Shown here: positions 30,001 through 39,736 of the stretch, piece after piece
How the letters are laid out: the number at the start of each line of letters is the position of its first letter
How positions within the stretch are numbered: position 1 is the first letter of the stretch
DNA from: Planctomycetota bacterium
GTDB lineage: Bacteria; Planctomycetota; UBA8108; SXIK01
Length of the DNA stretch: 64,000 nt
Direction of reading: 5' to 3'
Assembly: GCA_965223265.1 (NCBI GenBank)
Contig: OZ244999.1
Span: 6,400,001-6,464,000 of the forward strand
Position numbers and translations under genes: made by a program
The notes under the pieces: generated by a model
What the model was told of the DNA's origin: nothing
The model's input: only the letters and a program-made list of their open reading frames with translations
Database searches by the model: none

Positions 30001-31062
30001 CGTACCGCACCGCTGATCGACTCGCATGTCGACGCCATCTTCTACTGCACTGGAGTGTTCGGCTTTTACAAGCATGAAAGCCGCCTCACGGAGCTGCGAA
30101 AACACGGCACGCGCCACGAGGAAGACTGGGCGTGGGAGCTCGGGATCCACGGCGCCGACGTTCTCGCCTCGGTGATCGGATTCGCGCACGCGCACGAAAA
30201 GGAACTCTTCTGGTCCATGCGCATGAACGACACACACGACTCCAAGTACGACGCTGCAATGAGTGAATGGAAGCGATCACACCCAGAGCTTCTGGTCGGC
30301 AAGAAAGGCGAGTCCTTTGAATATGGGCGCTGTCGCTGGCAAGGGCGTTGGTCGTCGCTTGACTATGAGCGCCCCGAAGTGCGGGAACGCGCGTTTCTCA
30401 TTCTGAGAGATGTCGCTACCCGCTACGATGTTGACGGGCTCGAGCTCGATTTCTTTCGCCATCCCATCTACTTCAAGCCGCAAATGTTCGGTGAGCCGGT
30501 GACGCAGCGCCACTGCGACATCATGACGCGGTTTCTACGTCGTGTGCGTGGCATGACCGAAGCGGAATCGGCACGCCGCGGCCGACCACTGCTCATCGCG
30601 GTGCGCCTCCCGGATTCGATCGGCTACGCTAAGGCAATCGGCCTCGACCTCGTGAGATGGCTCGAGGATGACCTCGTCGACATCGTCACCGGTGGCGGGT
30701 ACTTTCACCTCGAGCCATGGGACAACTTGGCGACACTCGGAAAAACCTACGACGTTCCGGTCTACGCCTGCCTCAGCGCCTCGCGGCTTGGGTTTCCGGC
30801 AGCGGGAGCCGATCGCTTCAACCGCCGCCGCGTCGTCGGCCGGGAAGTGTGGCGCGGGGAAGCGCTCCGCGCTTGGGATTCAGGCGTCAGCGGCATATAC
30901 ATCTTCAACCTCTTCGATCCACACGACGCCGTGTTCGGCGAGCTCGGCGATCCCGATCTGTTGCGAACTCTCGGGCACCGCTACCAGCCGCAGCCCGGGC
31001 GCATCGATCACTGGTTGAAGGGAGGCGAGCAGTTCATCCGCCTTCCCATGGCGGACGACTAA
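27073..31062 (+). CDS. multidomain exported protein: GDPD + FG-GAP/VCBS propeller + second GDPD + GH-like TIM barrel
   Basis: AHRG..PENT..EFDV..HD; repeated DFDGDGDLD; SHQG..PANT..EVDV..HD; IMNNDG, SMRMNDTHD, YDVDGLELDFFRH. Confidence 0.85.
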   Translation: MSGKSMLLIHHPLLAVFVFATTMQTIAEDGRTRWLPERGVSAHRGASTTHPENTLAALREALRLGAHQIEFDVAMSRDEKLVLLHDDTVDRTTNGRGKVVDLTLKQLKELDAGAWKGARFAGERIPTLDEALALMPQNIWLNIHLKGGEKLARRVTQRLVVHDRLHQSFLACSAPAARAAKETSAAVKICNMERQANSTAYVDQTIAAGSDFIQLLGGQSVSREHVEKLKAHGVRINYCCTNDENQLSDLLAVGVEFPLVDDLATMLSVAEAAGVPRLVPRYRGSGDGKDVPTLRFSEHLIAGGYAYPYGIGVADFDGDGDLDITSADYQPHNHLYLYENRGGGTFRRRFVQRNDGRRLERHMNGDVDGDGDPDVVIVKNLYGHLLWFENGGAPMNEDSWSRHVITTDLPGAYNVDLADFDSDGDLDVVASSWVLGNQFSWFENDGTPASGEWRKFIIEADLQETRGVRVADFDGDGDFDVYGTAPGAGEVNWYENPGDPSERSWAKHVVDRAPRPMHGDPIDVDGDGDIDIVQALGMAWPRIDPESHHIVWYENVAPGSTDSPDSRTWVRHVIADDFPDAFEAVADDLDGDGDVDVAATSWRQPGCVAWFENQGEDSWRRHNLKNNWRSANNLLIADLDGDGRRDILAAAEHTSYELRWWRNEGHAPPGPFNLTRVAQRVLRTVSHQGAKGVAPANTLAAIRAGLAAGATTIEVDVRSSKDGVPVLRHDATLDASTDGTGPVRDKTLAELKLLDAGSWFDPRFADERVPTLREALELCRGDVEILLDLKESSAEFHAAVAAAVRAYGEMGRTTLGVRSVEQARFFRQAIGTSRQLGLIPDASDIEAFAAAGVQSIRLKKSWLKDADIVARHRKSKLDLLISSMTGSRREVLAALAFEPDAIVSDHPARLLASLRKLRGDLAPPDSVAAPRSPVDLRAARRRAAHRRRRIIMNNDGNDCRSPEAGEPRTREHFLSKRTAPLIDSHVDAIFYCTGVFGFYKHESRLTELRKHGTRHEEDWAWELGIHGADVLASVIGFAHAHEKELFWSMRMNDTHDSKYDAAMSEWKRSHPELLVGKKGESFEYGRCRWQGRWSSLDYERPEVRERAFLILRDVATRYDVDGLELDFFRHPIYFKPQMFGEPVTQRHCDIMTRFLRRVRGMTEAESARRGRPLLIAVRLPDSIGYAKAIGLDLVRWLEDDLVDIVTGGGYFHLEPWDNLATLGKTYDVPVYACLSASRLGFPAAGADRFNRRRVVGREVWRGEALRAWDSGVSGIYIFNLFDPHDAVFGELGDPDLLRTLGHRYQPQPGRIDHWLKGGEQFIRLPMADD

Positions 31063-31077
31063 TCCCTCACCCGCCCC

Positions 31078-34000
31078 TCAACCTCGAGTTCGACCGTGCG
31101 CTGCTTCGGGTTTCTCGCTCGACCCTTCCAGCGGCAACGCCTCCGGACGAGCCCGCACCGAGATCTGTTCTGAGACGATCTCCCGGCCGCCGTAATCCAG
31201 CAGCCGCAGCGCCATTTGACCGCCCTCCGGCCCAATCGGAATCTCCACGCTCCACGCCTTGCGCGCGAAACGCACAACACCCTCCCGCCCATCGAGCTGA
31301 GCACGATGGGCAAAGAGCGGCGCGGTGCCGCGCACGCGGAGAAGGTCCGGGAGATCGCTGCGTCGGACGCGTTTGACAGATCTGATGCGAAAACGAGCGC
31401 GCGGCACCGCGTCGGAGACAAACTTGCGCCGTCCTTTGGCAAACGACTCAAACGGCGACATTTCTACGCCGGCGTGGTCGCCGATCTCCTTGAGCGTACG
31501 TCCAAGCTCTTTGGACGTAAACTTCCTCTGCGCCAAGAAGGATAGGTAGCTGAAGAAACGCTGCCGATACTTCGGCACCCCCATAAGCCGCACGAAGCTA
31601 CGAAACCGGTCGTGAAAGAGGGTGTACCCCGTCCGCGACGGACTCCACGACGCGCTGTAGTCGCAGTCGAACGGCAACATGTGCCATCGTCCGTCGTGCG
31701 GCGACTTGTAGATAAACGCGTTCTTACCGCGGCGGCGACCGAACGCGTCTTGGTCGGTAACCATGGCCCGAACTGCGAGAACCCGTAGCCACTCGTCGAC
31801 ATCCACAAGCTCCTCGACGCGCTTGAGAAACACGCGATCCGAAGTGTGTTCCGGATCCATAAGCTTGATCAATTCGATCAGAGGCTCAAAGTCATCATCC
31901 GCGCTGTGGCTGCCACGCGGTGGAAAGTGCCAACGGTAAACCTCTGGATCCGGCGAGACGTACTCCAGCCGAGCGTGAGTGTTTTCTCGCTGAGCGACGG
32001 AGAAAAACTCGAAGTGATTGTCGACTTTATGAAACGCCGGCCGGTGACGCTCCGCACTCGATCCTTCAGCATCACCGGCGCCTTTTTCTCGTGGTCGGTC
32101 GAACCAGCGGTTGACGAAATCACCATCGATCCTCTCGACATCCTGATGGACTCCTTCGCGACGGCCGAAGATGTTGAAGTAGACGTACTGCAGTCTCGGG
32201 TTCGGCGTTCGGAGGCTTTCGAGAAGCCACAGACTGAGAGCTTCGTGCGGCCGGCGACCGTCAGCGCCCTGGCCGTCGACGTTGAGCTTGCGCCGGCCGT
32301 CGAGCGTGTCGTCGCCGAAGCGGATCCGCCAGCTATTAAGCCTGCGGGCGCGTCGCGAGTGCGGACTGCCTCTAAACCGAAAACGCACGTCGTAGAAAAT
32401 TTTCGCGTCGCGATAGACAAACGTGCCGCGACTGAGTCGGTTCTCCGCGTAGCTCGGCCGTCTCACAAGCTCTTCCCAATCCTGCTCCCGGACGAGAAGA
32501 GTGTACGTAGGAAACTCTTCGTGTAGCTCGATTCCGACAGCGAAGAGTGCAGTGCGCTCCGGAGCGCCAACGGGGTACGTGCCAACTCCCCCAGAGCCGC
32601 GCGCCTGCACGAAGAATTCAAAGACGCCGTCACCGAGGCGCGGCAGTGATGCCGTCCAAAGTCCATGCCCTCCGGGTTGAGGCTCAAGGCGCGCCGTCCT
32701 CCACTTCTTCGCATTGTCGCGCCGATAGTGAATCGCCGCGTTCTCGACAGGATCGAGCGCCGTGATCGCTACGGTGAAGCGCACCCGCTGCTTCGACGAC
32801 GGTGCGACGGGAAACTGAGCCGGGACACCAACCACTGGTGCAGGGTTCTTCACGAACCCACTGTTGCTCGCGCCGGGCGTCCCGAGACGCTCAGGAACTT
32901 CCAAACGATGTGTCTGCGCGACGCCCTGACCTGCCGTCCGACTCAAGAGGAGGGGCGTGCCGCGCAGCCATTTGGCTCGGAACGAAATTCCATAGGAACG
33001 CCCAGGCTCGAGTGGCTGCGGCAGAGGAAGCGTCAGATAGTTGTGTCGCGGGTCGCCGCGCCCCTCAGCAACCAGGTGATAACTGGCCCGTCCACGTCGA
33101 TCTTTGCCGCGCCAGATTCCCGAGCCCGCGTGGGTTCCCATCGCCTGCCAATCCTTGTCGCCTCGTTCGAAGGAATCAACGGCGAGGAAGCGGCGCCGGC
33201 TGACCTGCAATCGTACGTCGTCGATGAGGCATTCGCCCTCGTTCAGAAGCATGAACTGAAGCTCGCCCATGCTGCGCCCCTTGAAGGCGCGGTGCGGCTT
33301 GGCATAACGCAACTGCTTCCACTCGGCGTCTGCGCTGTGATCGCTCGCTACCCAGGCGCCCGCGAGCGAGTTATCGAGAGCAGGATTGCGGAGCTCGAGG
33401 CTAGCGCCGAGCCCGTCCGCCCAATGAGGCCACGGCGCGCGGTCGCCGTACGTGACGCGATCGACGACCGCACCGCGTTTGTCGAGGAGTGTTAGCGGCT
33501 CGCCACGATCGGCGAGCCTGCCTTTGAATGGACCAACCACCACGTCTTCGTCGAGGCGGTACTTTTTGCGCAGTGCCGCCGGGTCCTTCGCGATCACGAG
33601 ATAGTCGCCGGCGGCAAGGCGGACACCGTCGCTCTTCTTGAACTTGAAAGCGATTCCTTCGGAGAAGCTGTAGCCGCTGAGGTCTAACGCTTCATCGCCA
33701 TGGTTGTAAAGCTCGACGTACTCGTTCGCTACTTCGTCGCTCATTGGATGGTACATGATCTCGTTGATCACGACCGAACCCACGGTCGGTGCCAGAGCAT
33801 TCGCGGCGCCTGGGGACGGCGCGGTGAGACGCGCGACATCGCGCGCGCCGTCGGGAACTCGCCCACGGCTCACCGCCCTCTTCACAATACCCGCGTCGCT
33901 CGGTCGCGGCGCACCCTCGTCGCCCTCCTCCTTCTTCCGCTTCTTTCGGCGCTTTCCAGCTTTGGACGCCCGCTTCAGGCGCCAAAGATCCTCGGCGCGC

Positions 34001-34998
34001 TCGCCTCCCCTTGCAAAGAGAATCAATGCGTCGCCCCGTGATTGCCGTTCCACGAGCGCCGCGATCGCTTCGCCGCTGAGCGTGTGGAAACCGAGCGGCT
34101 CGACATCCGCGTTGGCGGAAAGCTCGATTCTCCTTGGTCGCTTTGGATCATCGGTGAGCGAGTATCCCTTGAGCGCGACCTTGCGCAGTCCTGGGTTGAA
34201 CAGCTCGACGAAAGGCTCCGCGTCGATTCCCGGCGGCGGTAGGAAGACCTCGTTGATGACGAGACGAGGACGGCGCCGACGGGGTTTCAACCGGTTCTTC
34301 GTGCCCGGGGTGCCACCGGGACGCGCGCTCGGCGCCCAACTCTCAGCGGCCCCAACTTCGAAACCGGGATCGAGAATGCTGAGCGTGTGCCCCGAACCAT
34401 TCGGCGTCGACGGCCAACGGCCGTTGGCCCCATAAGCGACCTCACAGACAAGAGCCCCAGAGCTGTTGCGAAGTCGCAGGTTGCCGCCGGCGTTATTGAG
34501 CCGCCCCGAGAACGGCCCCATCACACGGCGCACCTCCGGGGTGCGGCTGCGTAGCGCCTCGGGATCGCGAGCCAGGACCAAGTGCTCGCCGGCGCCGAGA
34601 GAGGTGCCAATCGGAAAATCAAAGCTGACCTCGCCTTCGAGCGTCCACTCGGAGAGATCCGCGCGTGGCGGCTGGCGATTGTAGATCTCGACGAACTCGA
34701 GCACGTCCCCCTCGGGCGGGTGGTAGTGGATCTCGGTGATGACGATCCATGGAGCGGCGAAGAGCGAGCCTGTACCGAACAGACCGCTGATCAACAAGAG
34801 CGTCGCCGCGGCGGCAACGACGAGGTTGCTGCTTCGCCACCAGCGTCGGTGGTAGCGGTGTCGATCGATCGGTCTGCCGTTGCCGTTGACCGAGTCTGGT
34901 CCGAAGCGCGGCGATCGCTCAGTGCCCGTCAGAACTGCCATCGCCCATCCCTGTGCCCAAAGAGGGTGAAAGTCAAACGACGCCAAGAAAAGCCCCAA
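31078..34998 (-). CDS. lamin-tail-domain (x3) + CotH kinase-family protein
   Basis: ITEIHYHP..EFVEIYN, INEV..FVELFN, INEIMYHP..EYVELYN; FRFRGS, DVDEWL, KNAFIY..WHMLPFDCD; start uncertain. Confidence 0.85.
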   Translation of the reverse strand: MGLFLASFDFHPLWAQGWAMAVLTGTERSPRFGPDSVNGNGRPIDRHRYHRRWWRSSNLVVAAAATLLLISGLFGTGSLFAAPWIVITEIHYHPPEGDVLEFVEIYNRQPPRADLSEWTLEGEVSFDFPIGTSLGAGEHLVLARDPEALRSRTPEVRRVMGPFSGRLNNAGGNLRLRNSSGALVCEVAYGANGRWPSTPNGSGHTLSILDPGFEVGAAESWAPSARPGGTPGTKNRLKPRRRRPRLVINEVFLPPPGIDAEPFVELFNPGLRKVALKGYSLTDDPKRPRRIELSANADVEPLGFHTLSGEAIAALVERQSRGDALILFARGGERAEDLWRLKRASKAGKRRKKRKKEEGDEGAPRPSDAGIVKRAVSRGRVPDGARDVARLTAPSPGAANALAPTVGSVVINEIMYHPMSDEVANEYVELYNHGDEALDLSGYSFSEGIAFKFKKSDGVRLAAGDYLVIAKDPAALRKKYRLDEDVVVGPFKGRLADRGEPLTLLDKRGAVVDRVTYGDRAPWPHWADGLGASLELRNPALDNSLAGAWVASDHSADAEWKQLRYAKPHRAFKGRSMGELQFMLLNEGECLIDDVRLQVSRRRFLAVDSFERGDKDWQAMGTHAGSGIWRGKDRRGRASYHLVAEGRGDPRHNYLTLPLPQPLEPGRSYGISFRAKWLRGTPLLLSRTAGQGVAQTHRLEVPERLGTPGASNSGFVKNPAPVVGVPAQFPVAPSSKQRVRFTVAITALDPVENAAIHYRRDNAKKWRTARLEPQPGGHGLWTASLPRLGDGVFEFFVQARGSGGVGTYPVGAPERTALFAVGIELHEEFPTYTLLVREQDWEELVRRPSYAENRLSRGTFVYRDAKIFYDVRFRFRGSPHSRRARRLNSWRIRFGDDTLDGRRKLNVDGQGADGRRPHEALSLWLLESLRTPNPRLQYVYFNIFGRREGVHQDVERIDGDFVNRWFDRPREKGAGDAEGSSAERHRPAFHKVDNHFEFFSVAQRENTHARLEYVSPDPEVYRWHFPPRGSHSADDDFEPLIELIKLMDPEHTSDRVFLKRVEELVDVDEWLRVLAVRAMVTDQDAFGRRRGKNAFIYKSPHDGRWHMLPFDCDYSASWSPSRTGYTLFHDRFRSFVRLMGVPKYRQRFFSYLSFLAQRKFTSKELGRTLKEIGDHAGVEMSPFESFAKGRRKFVSDAVPRARFRIRSVKRVRRSDLPDLLRVRGTAPLFAHRAQLDGREGVVRFARKAWSVEIPIGPEGGQMALRLLDYGGREIVSEQISVRARPEALPLEGSSEKPEAAHGRTRG

Positions 34999-35110
34999 AA
35001 CCCATTCTTGAGCGTCACCACGGCGTTTTCAACCGCCGCGAGCCCACCAACCTTGGTACCCAGCCCAAGAGTCTACCGAGGATAAGCATTCTCGCAGGAA
35101 CTATGCCACA

Positions 35111-36577
35111 CTACGCCACGATCTCGGGGACAACGCGTCCGTGAACGTCGGTCAGACGAAACTGGCGCCCCTGGAACCGATAGGTGAGACGTTCATGGTC
35201 GATGCCGAGAAGATGTAACACGGTCGCCTGAAAGTCGTGCACGTGGACAGGGTTCGCGGCCACATTGTACGCGAAACCATCAGACGCGCCGTAGGTGATT
35301 CCGGATTTGATGCCGCCGCCGGCCATCCAAATCGTGAACGCGTACGGGTGATGATCACGACCCCAGTTCCTGCGGTTCTTGATGTCGCCTTGGCAAAACG
35401 GAGTCCGCCCGAACTCTCCGGCCCAAATGACGAGCGTGTCGTCCAACAGCCCTCGCTGCTTCAAATCCTTCACGAGCGCGGCACTCGGTTGGTCGGTGTC
35501 CCGGCACTGGATTTCGAACTGCCGGCTCAGATTGCTGTGGTGGTCCCAGCCGGCGTGAAACATCTGGATGTGACGCACGCCGCGTTCGGCGAGTCGACGC
35601 GCAATCAAGCAGTTGTACGCGAAAGAACCTCGCCGGGTGACCTCCGGGCCATACATGTCAAGCACATGGTGTGGTTCCGTTGACAGATCGACAAGCTCCG
35701 GCACGCTCGTCTGCATCCGAAACGCCATTTCATACTGCGCAATGCGCGTGGCGATTTCCGGGTCGCCGAAGTCGCGCAGTCGGGCTTCGTTGAGCTCTGC
35801 CAAATCGTCCAACAGTCCGCGGCGGACCGCTCTGCTGGCACCGTCGGGATTGGCGACGTAGAGGACGGGATCACCGCTGCCGCGAAACTTGACTCCCTGG
35901 AACTTGGACGGCAGAAAACCGCTGCCCCAATAGAAGTCATAGAAGATCTGGCCACATGACGCTTCCTTGTCCCGCGACGTCATGACAACGAACGCTGGTA
36001 GGTCCCGCGTTTCGCTTCCAAGACCGTAGGCCGTCCAAGCTCCTAGACTCGGACGCCCCGGCATCTCCGCCCCTGTAAGAAAGAACGTGATCGCTGGTGC
36101 GTGATTCACCTGCGTCGTATGCATCGACTTGACAAAACAAAGGTCGTCGACGATCGATGCGGTGTGCGGTAGGAAATCGCACACCCAAGCACCGGAAGTG
36201 CCGTGACGTTTGAAGCCGGTGAACGGAGGAAGTACAGGCTTGCTCTTTTTGCTCGCGGTCATCGTGCTCAAGCGCTGGTTGCGATGGACCGACTCCGGCA
36301 GTTCAGAGCCGAAGAGACGCCGCAAACCGGGCTTGTAGTCGAACATGTCGAGATGTGGCGGAGCGCCGTTCTGGAGCAAATAGATGACACGCTTCGCCTT
36401 GGGAGCGAAGTGTGGCAAATTGGGGAGGCCGCCGACGCGCGACGTCTCGAGTGATGCTTCAAGCCGTCCGTCATGCCTGAGCAGCGACGCGAGTGCCGCC
36501 GTGCCGATGCCGACGGCGGATCGCCCGAAGAACTGCCGGCGCGTGCTGTGGAGATAATCTTCGGTGCGTGGATCCAT
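35111..36577 (-). CDS. DUF1501 domain protein
   Basis: STRRQFF, HFAPKAKRVIY, WDHH, IWAGEFGRT, GRDHHP, HVHDFQAT. Confidence 0.93.
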   Translation of the reverse strand: MDPRTEDYLHSTRRQFFGRSAVGIGTAALASLLRHDGRLEASLETSRVGGLPNLPHFAPKAKRVIYLLQNGAPPHLDMFDYKPGLRRLFGSELPESVHRNQRLSTMTASKKSKPVLPPFTGFKRHGTSGAWVCDFLPHTASIVDDLCFVKSMHTTQVNHAPAITFFLTGAEMPGRPSLGAWTAYGLGSETRDLPAFVVMTSRDKEASCGQIFYDFYWGSGFLPSKFQGVKFRGSGDPVLYVANPDGASRAVRRGLLDDLAELNEARLRDFGDPEIATRIAQYEMAFRMQTSVPELVDLSTEPHHVLDMYGPEVTRRGSFAYNCLIARRLAERGVRHIQMFHAGWDHHSNLSRQFEIQCRDTDQPSAALVKDLKQRGLLDDTLVIWAGEFGRTPFCQGDIKNRRNWGRDHHPYAFTIWMAGGGIKSGITYGASDGFAYNVAANPVHVHDFQATVLHLLGIDHERLTYRFQGRQFRLTDVHGRVVPEIVA

Positions 36578-36602
36578 GTTCAGTGCCTACTTGGGTTCAA
36601 CA

Positions 36603-39107
36603 TCACTCTTTTGTGATCACTTCGTCGAGGTTTAAAAGCAGCGAGCAGAGCATCGTCAAAGCCGCATGCTCGGCCGAGTCAAGGTTTTCGTTTCGTGGTG
36701 ACTCCCCAACACTCAACAGCTTCACCGCCTCTCCTTGGTTTTTCTCATACTCTGCGGTGAGTAGGTCAAGCCGCCGCTTCAGCACTTTCTGCGCCATGGT
36801 GCTCGGCCAGCGACCTGTCGCCAAACGAAACGCGGCCGCAATCCGCTCTTCAGCGCTCTGATGCCCCTGAGCCATCAACCTTTCGGCCATGGCGCGCGCG
36901 GCTTCAACATAGGTCGGATCATTGAGCGTGATCAGCGCGTGCAACGGAGTGTTCGTGCGCTGAGCTCTTACAGTACACGTCTGCCGAGTCGCTGCGTCGA
37001 AGAACATGGTAGGACCAACGATCCGCCGCCAAAACGTGTAGAGACTGCGCCGATAGAGGCTCTCGCCGTGGTCCTGCTCGTAGGACTTTTTCCCGAACGT
37101 CGCTTCCTCCCACACTCCTGCAGGTTGATACGGTTTGACAGGTCGGCCTCCGAGCTTCCTCACAAGAAGACCGCTGAGAGCGAGAGCCTGATCGCGAATC
37201 ATGTATGACGGCAATCGAAATCGCGGCCCACGCGCCAACAGTCGATTGATCGGATCCCGCGCCTGGTGCTCCGCGGTTTGCTTCGACGATTGGCGGTAGG
37301 TCGAACTGGTGACGATGAGGCGGTGGAGTCGTTTGACATTCCATCCGGAGCGCACAAACTCGGTTGCCAGCCAGTCCAGGAGTTCCGGGTGGCTTGGTTC
37401 CTCCCCCTGCACGCCGAAATCGTCGACGGTGCGCACAAGGCCGGCGCCGAAAAACATCTGCCAGTACCGATTAACGATGACGCGGGCAGTCAGCGGGTGC
37501 GAAGGATCAACGAGCCACTGGGCAAGCCCGAGACGATCGAGCGGGGCGCCTTGAGGCAAGCGCGGCAGGATCGCTGGAACAGCCCGCTGAACCTCTTTTC
37601 CAGGGCGGTTGTAGACGCCACGCGTGAGGATGAACGTCGAGCGAGGATTCGCCAGCTCTTCCATCACCATGACACGTGGAATCTGGCGGCGGTATTGATC
37701 GCGTCCGTCACGAGCCACCTTCAGAGCGTGCAAGCGCGCGGCGTAGTCCGCTTGTTCAGCCGCCGCGAAGTAATTCGCGAGCGCCTCGAGATCGCTGGTG
37801 CGGCGGGCCGACGGAGCCGCGTCAAGTCGAGTGCGAATCTCTTCCGGAAGATTCTTCGCGCGCGGCGCTTTCGCAGCCGTCTCGCCTTCGTCACGGGGGA
37901 ACAAGCCCCGCTCGAGCGCGGCAACTTTGTCGACCTCGGCGCCGAAACGACTCTCCAGCTCGAGCAGTTGAGCCTCTTGCGACCGCGTCTTCACCTCGAG
38001 GAATGGGCTTTGGCTGCCGCTGCGCCCGGCACCGTCGACAGGGGTGCTGTTGAAGAAGGCGAAGAGTTGGTAGTACTCCTCTTGCGACAGCGGGTCGAAC
38101 TTGTGGTCATGGCAGCGGGCGCATCCGACCGTCAGCCCGAGCCACACCGCCGACATGGTCTCGATCTGGTCGAACACGTATTCGACGCGATTCTCCTCGG
38201 GGATGCGGCCGCCCTCGCCGTTGATCATGTGATTGCGATTGAAGCCGGTCGCGATCCGCTGATCGAAGCGAGCCGATGGTAAGAGATCGCCAGCCAACTG
38301 CTCGACAGTGAAGCGGTCGAACGGCATGTCGCCGTTGAGAGCGCTGACGGCCCAGTCACGCCACGGCCACATCGTGCGGTCGCTGTCGCCCTGGTAGCCG
38401 TTCGAGTCTGCGTAGCGGGAGGCCTCAAGCCACTCCCACACCATCCGTTCGCCGTAGCGCGGCGACGCGAGGAGGCGGTCAACGACTTTCGCGTACGCCG
38501 ACGGCGAATCATCGTCGAGAAAGGCATCGACCTCGCTCGGCGTCGGCGGCAACCCGGTGAGGTCGAACGTGACGCGTCGAAGGAGGACTTCTGGCGCCGC
38601 GGCTGGCGATGGCGCCAAGCCTTCCCGCTGCAAGCGGGCAAGGACAAACCGATCGATTGCATTCCTCGGCCGCGCGATGTCGTGCACCGACGGTGGTTCA
38701 GGTCGCGCTGGTGCACGGAACGCCCAGTGTTCAGCCCACCCCGCGCCGCCTTCAACCCAGCGCCTGAGTACGTCGATCTGCGCCGGGGTCAATTTGCGAT
38801 TGGAATCGACGGGCGGCATGACCTCGCCGGTGTCCGAGGTCGTGACGCGACGAACGAGCTCACTCGCCGTCGGGTCACCTGGCACGACGATGGAGATCCC
38901 GTCTTGCGTCCGAAACAGCTGCTCGCGAACGTCGAGACGTAGATCAGCCTGACGAGTCGCCGTGTCGGGCCCGTGACACGGATAGCAGTTCTCCGCCAGA
39001 ACCGGCTGGACATCGAGATTGAAGTCTACGGCGTATGCCGAGGCTGAGATGCCAGACCACGGGCCGAGCAGGTAGCAGTACACCAGGAAGAGGAGCCGTC
39101 TGGGCAC
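36603..39107 (-). CDS. planctomycete cytochrome c + DUF1549/DUF1553 (PSD1) protein
   Basis: CYPCHGPD..MPP, HWAF, YADSNG, CARCHDHKFDP, HPELLDWLA, TNTPLHAL. Confidence 0.93.
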   Translation of the reverse strand: MPRRLLFLVYCYLLGPWSGISASAYAVDFNLDVQPVLAENCYPCHGPDTATRQADLRLDVREQLFRTQDGISIVVPGDPTASELVRRVTTSDTGEVMPPVDSNRKLTPAQIDVLRRWVEGGAGWAEHWAFRAPARPEPPSVHDIARPRNAIDRFVLARLQREGLAPSPAAAPEVLLRRVTFDLTGLPPTPSEVDAFLDDDSPSAYAKVVDRLLASPRYGERMVWEWLEASRYADSNGYQGDSDRTMWPWRDWAVSALNGDMPFDRFTVEQLAGDLLPSARFDQRIATGFNRNHMINGEGGRIPEENRVEYVFDQIETMSAVWLGLTVGCARCHDHKFDPLSQEEYYQLFAFFNSTPVDGAGRSGSQSPFLEVKTRSQEAQLLELESRFGAEVDKVAALERGLFPRDEGETAAKAPRAKNLPEEIRTRLDAAPSARRTSDLEALANYFAAAEQADYAARLHALKVARDGRDQYRRQIPRVMVMEELANPRSTFILTRGVYNRPGKEVQRAVPAILPRLPQGAPLDRLGLAQWLVDPSHPLTARVIVNRYWQMFFGAGLVRTVDDFGVQGEEPSHPELLDWLATEFVRSGWNVKRLHRLIVTSSTYRQSSKQTAEHQARDPINRLLARGPRFRLPSYMIRDQALALSGLLVRKLGGRPVKPYQPAGVWEEATFGKKSYEQDHGESLYRRSLYTFWRRIVGPTMFFDAATRQTCTVRAQRTNTPLHALITLNDPTYVEAARAMAERLMAQGHQSAEERIAAAFRLATGRWPSTMAQKVLKRRLDLLTAEYEKNQGEAVKLLSVGESPRNENLDSAEHAALTMLCSLLLNLDEVITKE

Positions 39108-39736
39108 GATGAGCGATCCTGAGGAAGAATTCGCAGCTTGTCCAAATCGTTCGTCGATCTACGGATCTTACTCACCGACCCGCCCTGGATGAAGCGTCGA
39201 GACACACGACGGTGGGATGTCAGCTTGCCGTTCGTGCGATCCGCGACGGCGACACTTCTGTAACTTTCCGCCGTCGCTGGCCGTCTGCTCAGTCCTTTAT
39301 GGAAACCATGCACGCGCGAACGCTCACGCTGTCGTCGAACGATCATTCCGCGACGGCGGAACTGTCGTCCGGGACCGCGGCCCCTACGACACGAGGAACG
39401 GTCACAACAGAGCCCGAGTTCTGCCGTCGCTCGAAACGCCGTAACCAGACAAACGGGTTCGTAGGCCTTGAAGGACAAAAGCGCTGATTATTTCGCGTTT
39501 CTCTCGCGACGGCCAAGGAATGCACGCGACAGAGCGGTTATCAGTCCAGTCGATTGGCGGCAAACGGTGTGATCGGGTTTACTCCTGATGCAGACGCCTT
39601 CGGTTCTCATCGAGGTTCTACAGCTTGAACGAGGATCCGGAGTGAGGAACCCTTGCCGGGTTCGAAGGATTGAGTCACGGCTCGTGCGGCCGGCAGCGCC
39701 ACGACGAGTTGCCCCTCTCACAGATCGGAGAGATCC

